A program made the translations under genes and the position numbers. Positions 20,078 to 28,253 of a stretch of 64,000 bases of DNA are shown piece by piece (position 1 is the stretch's first letter; each line of letters opens with the position of its first letter). The notes under the pieces were generated by a model. The model had not been told where the DNA came from. It ran no database searches and saw nothing but the letters and a program-made list of their open reading frames with translations. Source of the stretch: a bacterium (GTDB lineage Bacteria; UBA8248); contig CBDCRP010000002.1 of assembly GCA_965221165.1 (NCBI GenBank), forward strand, positions 608,001 through 672,000, given 5' to 3'.

Positions 20078-22713
20078 TGCCGAGGTTTAATCGCCGTACG
20101 TTTCTGCAGTCGTCCACTGCCCTGGCCACCGGACTCGCCATGGGCGGAACCCTGACCCGCGACAAGGAGTTGTTTCAACTCGTCGGAGCAGCGGAAGGCG
20201 CCCAGGACACGCGAAAGCTGGTCCCCACGCAATGCCCCTACTGCGGAGTGGGATGCCACACCTACTACGTCGTCGAGAATGAAAAGATCGTGGCGTGCAT
20301 CCCGGACAAGGACTCCCCCGTCAACCTGGGTCTGCAGTGCATCAAGGGTCTCACGGCCGCGGAGTCCCTCTACGTCGACCGGTTGGACAAAATCCTGATC
20401 CGCAAGGACATGTCCAACCCGCTGACCGGGCACGTCTCCAAGACGAAAGGGCGTTTCGATGACGATGTCTTCCGGGTCGGCACGTGGGAAGAAGGCATGG
20501 ACATCGTCTCCAGCATGGTCGTCGGGATCGTGAAGAAACACGGGGGAAACTCCGTCGGGATCTATCAGTCCGGCCAGCTGACCATGGAGGAGCAATGGCT
20601 GGACAACATCCTCTACAAGGGCGTTCTCCAGTCGAATACCATCGAGGCCAACGCCCGGATGTGCATGACCTCGGCCGTGACGGGCTACATTCACAGCCTC
20701 GGAAGCGACCATCCACCGGGGAACTATTCCGATATCGAAGATGCCGACTTCATCAATCACTGGGGACATAACGCGCGCGGGTCGCACCCCGTCCTCTTCT
20801 GGCGCGTGGCCGCCACCAAGGAAAAACGGAACATCCCGACCATGGTGGTCGACCCGCGCTATACCGGGACCATGGACGGCTACGCCCAGGTCAACCGCAA
20901 CAACAGCCTCTCGATCACCCTTCGTCCCAACGGCGACCTCTCCCTTCAGAACGCCATCGCCCACACCCTGATGAAGGAGTTCCCCCAGGCCGTGGACGAG
21001 GCCTTCATCCGGGGGCACACGGACGGGTTCGACGATTACCGCGAGGGCATCATGGCCCGGTACAGCCCGGAGCAGGTCATCGATCGAACGGGGATCGCCC
21101 CCTCCGTGGTCAGGCGGATCGCCTCGATCTGGGCGGACGCCACCCTGAAGGGGCGGCGGCGCAAGAAAGGCGGCGTCCTCTCTTTCTGGGGGATCGGGTA
21201 CAACCAGTCGATCCATGGACAGCACCGCACCATCAACCTCATCAACCTCCATCTGCTGACCGGAAACATCGGCCGGCCGGGAGCCGGCCCGTTCTCCATG
21301 ACGGGACAGCCCAACGCCATGAGCGAACGCCTCATGGGCGGCCTGACCGGACGGCTTCCGTTCAACGAGGGCATCAAGAATGCCGAGCACCGCCGGAAGA
21401 TAAACGAGGCCTGGGGTCTCCCTCCGGGACGGCTCGACGTCACCGCCGCCGCCCCGAACAAGGGCATGACCATCGGCATGTTCGAGCGCGCCTTCAAGGG
21501 TGAAGTCAAGGTGATGCAGTTCGCCTACGCCACCCACGTGGATCTGCCGGAGGTGGAAACCCTCATCCGGCCCGCCATCACCAAGACGTTTACCTACATG
21601 GTGGAGGCCTACCGGCACGCCCCGAATCTTCTCTACGGCGATGTCATCTTCCCCGCCGCCACCCACGGGGAGAAATGGGGGGTGTACCAGAACAGCGAAC
21701 GAAAGATGTACGTCACGGACAAGGCCATGGAGCCGCCCAAAAACTGCAGGCCCGATCTGGACGTCATCATCGACGAGGGCAAGTCCATCGCCAAGAAGCT
21801 CGGCCTGAACGCGGAGAAGATATTCCCCTATGAGAGGAAGGCGGATGGTTTCTATGACCCCGAGGAGGTCTATCGGGACATCTGCCGGGCCAGCAAGGGA
21901 ACGGATGCGGATTTGACGGGAATCGTGGAGGTGGAAAAGCGGGACAAGCTCTCTCCCTATGAGCAGCTTCGAAAGCGCAAGGGAATCTTTTATCCCGCCC
22001 CCACGTATGAGATCGCCAAAGAGGGAGGGGTCGCGCGCAAGTACATGGCGCAGGAGAAGGGCTGGAAGGACAAGCCCTACAGCGCCTTCCGCCGCAAGAA
22101 CGGCAGGGCGAAGTTCAAGCTCACCGAGCAGGACTATTCACGCGCCAAAGAGCTGACGGATATCTTCGCGAAAGCGGGCAAAGACCCGAATTTCTACGCC
22201 GTTGACCATTACGACGTCCTGATCCAGATGCGCGACAACGGGTTGACGCCGGAACTTCCGGATTTCGACTACTACGGAAAATCCATGGCGGAGATTCAGA
22301 AAGCCGACAAGTACCCGTTCTGGCTGAGCCTGGGAGTCGTCTTCGAGCACTTCCACACCACCAAGACGATCCGGGCGCCCACCACCCGCCGACTGGTGCC
22401 GGAACAGTATCTCGAATTGAATCCCCGCGACGCTCGAAAACTGGGAATCGAAGACGGGGAATGGGTCCGGGTCGTAACGCCGCGGGGCAGTTACGAGGCG
22501 CGAGCCAGCATCGGCACGAAGAGCAAGGTCAAACCCGCGCGCAACAAGGTCATGCCGGGGCAGCTGTTCTCCCCGTGGAACCTATCCGTCGCGGACAGCG
22601 CCGACCCGAAGAAGAACCGCTGGCTCGTCAACGCGGTCACGCATCGGGCCTTTGATCCGGTATCCGGCCAAGTGGACTTTAAGCACGTAAAAGCAAGGAT
22701 CGAGAAGATATGA
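20074..22713 (+). CDS. Tat-exported molybdopterin oxidoreductase, NapA/NasA-like catalytic subunit
   Basis: RRTFLQ Tat motif; CPYCGVGC...C 4Fe-4S; SGQ; NARMCMTSA Mo-ligand Cys; GQPNAM; C-terminal DPVSGQVDFK. Confidence 0.88.
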   Translation: MMPRFNRRTFLQSSTALATGLAMGGTLTRDKELFQLVGAAEGAQDTRKLVPTQCPYCGVGCHTYYVVENEKIVACIPDKDSPVNLGLQCIKGLTAAESLYVDRLDKILIRKDMSNPLTGHVSKTKGRFDDDVFRVGTWEEGMDIVSSMVVGIVKKHGGNSVGIYQSGQLTMEEQWLDNILYKGVLQSNTIEANARMCMTSAVTGYIHSLGSDHPPGNYSDIEDADFINHWGHNARGSHPVLFWRVAATKEKRNIPTMVVDPRYTGTMDGYAQVNRNNSLSITLRPNGDLSLQNAIAHTLMKEFPQAVDEAFIRGHTDGFDDYREGIMARYSPEQVIDRTGIAPSVVRRIASIWADATLKGRRRKKGGVLSFWGIGYNQSIHGQHRTINLINLHLLTGNIGRPGAGPFSMTGQPNAMSERLMGGLTGRLPFNEGIKNAEHRRKINEAWGLPPGRLDVTAAAPNKGMTIGMFERAFKGEVKVMQFAYATHVDLPEVETLIRPAITKTFTYMVEAYRHAPNLLYGDVIFPAATHGEKWGVYQNSERKMYVTDKAMEPPKNCRPDLDVIIDEGKSIAKKLGLNAEKIFPYERKADGFYDPEEVYRDICRASKGTDADLTGIVEVEKRDKLSPYEQLRKRKGIFYPAPTYEIAKEGGVARKYMAQEKGWKDKPYSAFRRKNGRAKFKLTEQDYSRAKELTDIFAKAGKDPNFYAVDHYDVLIQMRDNGLTPELPDFDYYGKSMAEIQKADKYPFWLSLGVVFEHFHTTKTIRAPTTRRLVPEQYLELNPRDARKLGIEDGEWVRVVTPRGSYEARASIGTKSKVKPARNKVMPGQLFSPWNLSVADSADPKKNRWLVNAVTHRAFDPVSGQVDFKHVKARIEKI

Positions 22714-22794
22714 ATCCTCGATGAAACGAGAGGGATGGGGAGGGGACTCTCGCCTTCCTCATCTTTCCGGGCTTGGAGTTTTGGAGGTGGTAGA

Positions 22795-23385
22795 ATGGGC
22801 CTAAACAGACGGAGGTTCCTCCTCGCGGGGGCGCTGGCGCTATCCGGCGTCGCCTCCTGGGTCGCGGCCGGACGGAGGGGTTTCGCGAGTGCCAAAACGC
22901 GTTTCCGCCGTCTCCTTCGCCCGCCCGGGGCTCTGAGCGAGCAAGAGTTCCTCGATCGGTGCATTCGCTGCGCGAGGTGCGCCGCCGTCTGTCCGAACAC
23001 CGCCATTCAGATGGCCGGGTTCGGGGAGGGCCTTCGAAACCTCAACACACCCTACATCGTCCCCCGCGAACAGGCTTGCATGCTTTGTATGAAGTGCACC
23101 GAAGTCTGCCCGACGGGGGCCTTGACCCAAATCGCCCCGGACGCCGCCGCCGTCCTCTCTCAGGTCAAGATGGGTCGCGCGGTGGTGGATCAATCCATGT
23201 GCTACTCGTACCAGAAGCGCACCTGCGGGGTGTGCATTCGCGCCTGTCCTTTTCCCGGGGTGGCCATGAAGACCGGAATGTACGAGCAGCCCATCGTGAC
23301 GGACGCCTGCGTGGGCTGCGGGCTCTGCGAGCGCGCCTGCATCCACGTCCCGCAGGCGATCCGGATCGTCCCGGTGGAGTCCTGA
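22795..23385 (+). CDS. NapG/MauM-like polyferredoxin
   Basis: NRRRFL, LRPPGA, four Cys clusters; GGAGG RBS. Confidence 0.88.
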   Translation: MGLNRRRFLLAGALALSGVASWVAAGRRGFASAKTRFRRLLRPPGALSEQEFLDRCIRCARCAAVCPNTAIQMAGFGEGLRNLNTPYIVPREQACMLCMKCTEVCPTGALTQIAPDAAAVLSQVKMGRAVVDQSMCYSYQKRTCGVCIRACPFPGVAMKTGMYEQPIVTDACVGCGLCERACIHVPQAIRIVPVES

Positions 23386-23389
23386 TACC

Positions 23390-24913
23390 GTGGTTCGCTG
23401 GCTTCGAAGAGGGATTCAGCTGGGGGCCCTCGGTCTTCTCCTGGCCGTCCCCGCCCTCAATTACGGGGGGATCCTCTACCAGCAGTACGGCAAGAACGGC
23501 TACCACAAGATCTCCCTGACGGGAACCGTCTTCGAACAATGGCTCTACCACCTGTTTTCGGTCACGGTCGGGCGCCTGGCGGACCCCGCCGTCCGCTCGA
23601 TGGACTGGGTGGGCAATTTCGGGTCGTTCTCCGTGTTCGGGTTCCCGATTCTCGATCCGGTGGTTGCGGCGGAGACCGTGATCCGCACCCCGGGCGTCTG
23701 GCCGGCTCTCCTGGCGGGGGCCGCGCTCCCGGTTGTTGTGGCCGTCGCCCTCGGGCGGATCTTCTGCGGGTGGGTCTGCCCGGTGAACACCCTCCTGGAG
23801 GGATTCGACCTCCTGAGACGGCGCGCGCTGCCGAAGATCGGCATCCGTCCGCCGGACCTCGTCGTTCCCCGGTGGGCCAAGTGGCTCCTGCTCGTCGTCG
23901 GGCTGAGCGCGGCGGTCGTCTTCGACATCGCCCTCTGGGCGAACCTCCTCCCCCACGTTCAGATCGGGCGGGACGTGTTTTCTCTGATGGTGTTCGGCGT
24001 CACCAACGGCGGCGTCCTGGTTTTCTCGGCGATCATTCTGGCCGAGTTGCTCCTTTCCCGCCGGGCGTGGTGCCGCTCCCTCTGCCCGACCGGCGCGGTT
24101 CTAGGCCTCTTCGGCTCCGTGGCCCCCTTTCGGGTGCGAAAAGCCGAGCGTTCCTGCATCGACGGTTGCACGGCCTGTGCGAGAGCCTGTCCCATGGGGG
24201 TCAATCCGGCGAAGCCGTTCTCCCCGGCCGAATGCTACAACTGCGGGGTCTGTACGACCGCGTGCCCCGTCGACCTCCTGACCCTGGGACTCGCTCCCTC
24301 CCGCAGACGCTTTCCGGCCAGGCTCCTCTCGCGCCTGAGAAAGGGCGTCTCCCTGGGGTTGGGGGTGGCTCTGCTCCTGATACCGGTCGCCGCCTCCGGC
24401 CATCATATGCGGGGAAAGCCCCATTACGGCTATGCCGAGAATTACCCCCAGATCCCCACGCGCGAAACGCGCGTCCGGGTCGGCCGTTACGACATCACCG
24501 TGGTGAGCTATTTTTTCGAGGGGCTGCGCCGCCAAACTTCGGACACGCCGGACGACGTGCAGTTCTACGTCAGCCTCACGGACTCTCGGACCGGCCAAAG
24601 CTACACGGGCCCCCTGACCATCGAGGTGCGCCGGGGGGAGACCCGGCTTGCGGTCTTCCAGCACGACCGGCCTCTCGAGGAAGCCGTGTACCGGGTCCGC
24701 CAGTCGGTGCCGGGAACGGGGCTTTATAACCTCAGGCTCGTCGCCGACGGGTTTCAGGGGTCCGTCTCGGTCGAAGTCCGGGGCGATACCGTCTCCTGGA
24801 TGCCGTACGCGGCATCGGGCGGGGTCCTGCTGTTCGTCTTGCTCCTCTTTTTCCACCGGAGGCGAGCCCGGGCGGCCCGCCGAAGGAAGACTCATGCGGC
24901 ACCTGGCGCGTAA
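23390..24913 (+). CDS. NapH/MauN-like membrane polyferredoxin fused to an extra C-terminal domain
   Basis: GRIFCGWVCP, RAWCRSLCPTG, two CxxCxxCxxxCP, then TM + HHMRGKPHYGYAENYPQIP domain + terminal TM. Confidence 0.85.
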   Translation: MVRWLRRGIQLGALGLLLAVPALNYGGILYQQYGKNGYHKISLTGTVFEQWLYHLFSVTVGRLADPAVRSMDWVGNFGSFSVFGFPILDPVVAAETVIRTPGVWPALLAGAALPVVVAVALGRIFCGWVCPVNTLLEGFDLLRRRALPKIGIRPPDLVVPRWAKWLLLVVGLSAAVVFDIALWANLLPHVQIGRDVFSLMVFGVTNGGVLVFSAIILAELLLSRRAWCRSLCPTGAVLGLFGSVAPFRVRKAERSCIDGCTACARACPMGVNPAKPFSPAECYNCGVCTTACPVDLLTLGLAPSRRRFPARLLSRLRKGVSLGLGVALLLIPVAASGHHMRGKPHYGYAENYPQIPTRETRVRVGRYDITVVSYFFEGLRRQTSDTPDDVQFYVSLTDSRTGQSYTGPLTIEVRRGETRLAVFQHDRPLEEAVYRVRQSVPGTGLYNLRLVADGFQGSVSVEVRGDTVSWMPYAASGGVLLFVLLLFFHRRRARAARRRKTHAAPGA

Positions 24914-25027
24914 GACAACCCATATCCTCGCCGGGACGCCGTGGGCCCTTCGCCTGGGCGACTGGACCCTCGATGAGCCGCTGAACGCCCTAGGGGCGCT
25001 GGCCGGCCGCCGGCCTGAGGATGCGCG

Positions 25028-25606
25028 ATGAAGCCGATCGAATTCGACCGACGGACCTTCCTGCAAAAGGGGCCTTTCGCCTTTCTCCAGGCGGTCCTCT
25101 CCGGGTCTTCAACCGCTAGCGCCGATCCGCCCCGACCGCCGCTCCGGCCGCCGGGCGCCGCACCGGAGGAGGAATTCCTCGAGCTGTGCTGCGGCGTCGG
25201 CGCGTGCGCGGAGGTCTGCCCGGCCGAAGCCATCCGGCTGGTCCCCAGGACGGACGATTCAGGAGCCCTCCACCCGATCATCGTCCCCCAGGAGGCCGCC
25301 TGTATCGTCTGTGAGGACCTCGCCTGCATGAAGGCCTGCCCGAGCGGCGCCCTCACCCTGGTGTCCCGCGAGGAGATCCGGATCGGGCTCGCGCAGGTGA
25401 ACCCCGACCGCTGCCTCGCGTGGAGCGGGACGGACCCGGGCTGTGATTATTGTGTGGACCGGTGCCCGCTCGGGACACAAGCCATCCGATTCGAGCGCGC
25501 CGGATCGGTTCGGGGCCCCGTAGTCGAGAAAGGGTGTATCGGGTGCGGCGTCTGTGAGCATTTCTGCCCGACGCAACCTTCCGCCATCCGGGTGTACGGC
25601 TGCTGA
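25028..25606 (+). CDS. NapF/NapG-like polyferredoxin
   Basis: DRRTFLQ, LRPPGA, multiple Cys clusters. Confidence 0.85.
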   Translation: MKPIEFDRRTFLQKGPFAFLQAVLSGSSTASADPPRPPLRPPGAAPEEEFLELCCGVGACAEVCPAEAIRLVPRTDDSGALHPIIVPQEAACIVCEDLACMKACPSGALTLVSREEIRIGLAQVNPDRCLAWSGTDPGCDYCVDRCPLGTQAIRFERAGSVRGPVVEKGCIGCGVCEHFCPTQPSAIRVYGC

Positions 25607-25624
25607 ATCCCGCCTGAAATCTCC
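25571..25624 (+). repeat. 54-bp direct repeat (3' end of the ferredoxin gene), copy 1; copy 2 at 42091-42144
   Basis: 51/54 identical, core tccgccatccgggtgtacggctgctgaatcccgcctgaaa exact. Confidence 0.9.
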
Positions 25625-25912
25625 TAAACCATTTGGCCGGGGATTTCTCAGGGATTGTCCGGAGATCGGAGGATGGCGGCGGTAGCACTCGGGTGCTGAA
25701 GATGCCGATCCAAGAGCTGATTTTCTTGCAACTCATTATATTTCAACAGGACATATGATTTTTTTGTTCCAAAACATCTCCGGAATGCAATCCGTTTACG
25801 TGAAATATCGACCCGATAATGAAAATAATCGTGCCCAAACCATATGGCGGGCCCGGCATGCAGATGGAACATGAGGAGGTGTTTCGCCCCGTTTAAGGGC
25901 TGTTTTCCCGAG

Positions 25913-25940
25913 CCTTTGTAATTATTTTTGTCCGGCTACA
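25913..25940 (-). mobile_element. Tn7-like transposon end (terminal TGT at 25940, interior to the left)
   Basis: Minus strand TGTAGCCG-GACAAAAATAATTACAAAGG; same layout as Tn7 ends TGTGGGCG-GACAA(A/T)A. Confidence 0.6.
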
Positions 25941-26244
25941 CGCTCGGACCCAGAGAGCGCTCGAGCGCCTTGAGGCGCCTGCCCCGGTGGAAGTAAAAGC
26001 ATCCGTACATTATTCTTCGCCGGGGGTAACAGATCCGCCCGGAAACTCCGCTCTGCCGGCAGCTCCCGGAAGTGGTTTTTTCCCACGAGAGCAGGACTTG
26101 CGCCTCGCGCCGTTTGCCCATCATTTGCTCTGGTCGGTGCGCTTCCCGGGCAATTGCCCCATCGCTGAGAATCCACGAACGGAAAATATCTCGAACATCC
26201 TCTCACGCGGCCAGGATTCGTTGTTGGGACAAGCCAATTTTTGG

Positions 26245-26273
26245 TTGACAATGACGGGAACAAGACCTACATT
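26245..26273 (+). promoter_or_regulatory. sigma70-like promoter of the IclR gene
   Basis: TTGACA-17bp-TACATT, 42 bp before the ATG, followed by an AT-rich imperfect palindrome. Confidence 0.6.
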
Positions 26274-26315
26274 ATTAAGAAATAAGAATAAATTTCTTTA
26301 TATTTGAGAAATTAA

Positions 26316-27095
26316 ATGTCTACCTCTTCCCTGAAGACGATAGACAAAGCAATAGATCTCCTCTGGGCGATAGCCTATGGATCCGGCTCTTCTTCGGTGG
26401 AAGAGCTCTCCTCCGAGGTCCAACTGCCCATAAGTACGACATACCGATTCCTCAAGACCCTCCAAACCAGGGGCTTCGTGGACGCTTCCGCCGAATACGG
26501 AAAATACCGATTGGGGTCTTCCCTCTCCCTCCTCTCGAAAAACATTTCTCAGAACGGACAAAATGTAACCCTTTGCGAACTCGCGCTTCCCGTCATGAGA
26601 AGGCTCACCTCGGAAACGGGGGAAACAACTTTCTTGTGCATCAAATCGGGTCGGGAAACCATTTGCATAGAGTGCATAGAAAGTCGCCAATCGATCATCG
26701 CTCGTTTTTTTGTGGGAGAGGTGCGGCCTTTGCACGTTGGGGCGGCGTCGAAAGCCCTGCTCGCCTTTTTGCCGGATCAGGACATCGAGACGATCATGCA
26801 GCAGAAACTATCGAGGGTGACAAAAAACACGAACATCGATCCCGTCAAATTAAAAAAAGAACTCAAGGGGATTCGTGAAAAGGGCCACGCGTACAGCGAC
26901 CAGGAGTTCATTGTTGGGGCCAGGGCAATTTCCGCACCGGTGTTTGATGAGCGGGGCGCCGTTGCGGCTTCCTTGACGCTCTCGGCTCCAGTTCACCGAA
27001 TCGAAGACTCGAACCGGAAAATCCTTGCCGCCCATGTCGTCGGAGCCGCTCGGGAGGTTTCGGCGTCCCTGGGTTGGAAGGAAGCTGAAGCATAG
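26316..27095 (+). CDS. IclR family transcriptional regulator
   Basis: N-terminal HTH (LPISTTYRFLKTL), GAASKALLA, AISAPVFD. Confidence 0.93.
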   Translation: MSTSSLKTIDKAIDLLWAIAYGSGSSSVEELSSEVQLPISTTYRFLKTLQTRGFVDASAEYGKYRLGSSLSLLSKNISQNGQNVTLCELALPVMRRLTSETGETTFLCIKSGRETICIECIESRQSIIARFFVGEVRPLHVGAASKALLAFLPDQDIETIMQQKLSRVTKNTNIDPVKLKKELKGIREKGHAYSDQEFIVGARAISAPVFDERGAVAASLTLSAPVHRIEDSNRKILAAHVVGAAREVSASLGWKEAEA

Positions 27096-27214
27096 AAATC
27101 CTGTTTTCGGGAAATCTGTGCGAATCCTCGTGATATGGAGTCTCGTCGTTGCTTGATCATCCATCCGGGAAGTCAAGAAAGGTTCTTTGTCTACCCAACC
27201 AAGGAGGGCAGAAA

Positions 27215-28183
27215 ATGATGCGCGCAACAAAGACGTTCATCAGGTTCGCAGTGCTGGTCATCGCCTTTTGGGCGATGACGATTTCCTCCGTCCAGGCTGC
27301 CGCGAAGTTCATTACCATCGCCGGCGGCGCTTCGGGCGGAACGTACATCGTGGTCGCAACCGGAATGGCCAAGATATTGTCCAAATACGTTTCGGGGATG
27401 CGGGCGAACGCCGAGGTCACGGGAGGTGGTTTCGGCAATACGCGCCTCATCGGAACCAAGAGAGCCGATTTTGGCCTGACGACACCGGACGCCGCCTACT
27501 TTGCGGTGCAGGGAGGCGGGCGATTCAAGCCGGGAGAAAAATACAAGCTCCGCGCTCTGATGAGCGGCCACGCCAGCATCCAACATTTCGTGACGCTTAG
27601 GAAGTCGGGAATCAAGAGTTTGTATGACTATCGAGGAAAGCGGATCTCCATCGGCCAGCCGGGAAGCTCCACGGCGGCGATGGGTGTGGCAATGCTGGAG
27701 GTCCTGGGGATCAGCACCAAACAGTTCGCCCGAACGGATCATTTGACCCAAACCGAAGCCGTTGCGGCGCTGAAGGACGGAACCGTAGACGCAACCATTC
27801 AGCTCGCCGGAATTCCGGGCGGTGCGGTAAAAGATATCACCACGACGCATGACGTGAGATTGGTCTCCATCTCCATGGAAGACATGAAGAAAATCAACAA
27901 GATGCATCCATACTGGACACCTTCCCACATTCCCAAGGGCATGTACGGCGGCATGAAGGGTGACGTCGGGGCGATGGCGTCGGCGACCATCATCATCACC
28001 CACGCGGATACGGACAACGCGACGGTCTACGCAGTGACAAAAACGGTCCTTGAGCACACCGATGAACTCGCCGCCATTCACCGCGCCGGGTTGAAGTACA
28101 AACTTCCCGGCTCCGCCGGGAACATTCCCATTCCCATTCATCCCGGCGCCGCGCGTTACTTCAAGGAAAAAGGCATTAAGTAA
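27215..28183 (+). CDS. TAXI-family TRAP transporter solute receptor
   Basis: Signal peptide, GGASGGTY, GQPGSS, PIPIHPGAARYFKE. Confidence 0.93.
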   Translation: MMRATKTFIRFAVLVIAFWAMTISSVQAAAKFITIAGGASGGTYIVVATGMAKILSKYVSGMRANAEVTGGGFGNTRLIGTKRADFGLTTPDAAYFAVQGGGRFKPGEKYKLRALMSGHASIQHFVTLRKSGIKSLYDYRGKRISIGQPGSSTAAMGVAMLEVLGISTKQFARTDHLTQTEAVAALKDGTVDATIQLAGIPGGAVKDITTTHDVRLVSISMEDMKKINKMHPYWTPSHIPKGMYGGMKGDVGAMASATIIITHADTDNATVYAVTKTVLEHTDELAAIHRAGLKYKLPGSAGNIPIPIHPGAARYFKEKGIK

Positions 28184-28200
28184 CTTGCCGTACGGGCACT

Positions 28201-28232
28201 TCGGCGCCCCCGCCTGAGGGCGGGGGCGCCGA
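28201..28232 (+). terminator. GC-rich hairpin between solute receptor and permease genes
   Basis: tcggcgcccccgcc-tgag-ggcgggggcgccga perfect 14-bp stem; no U-tract, so more likely an mRNA stabiliser. Confidence 0.5.
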
Positions 28233-28253
28233 CCACCTCAAGGGAGTCGCGCA

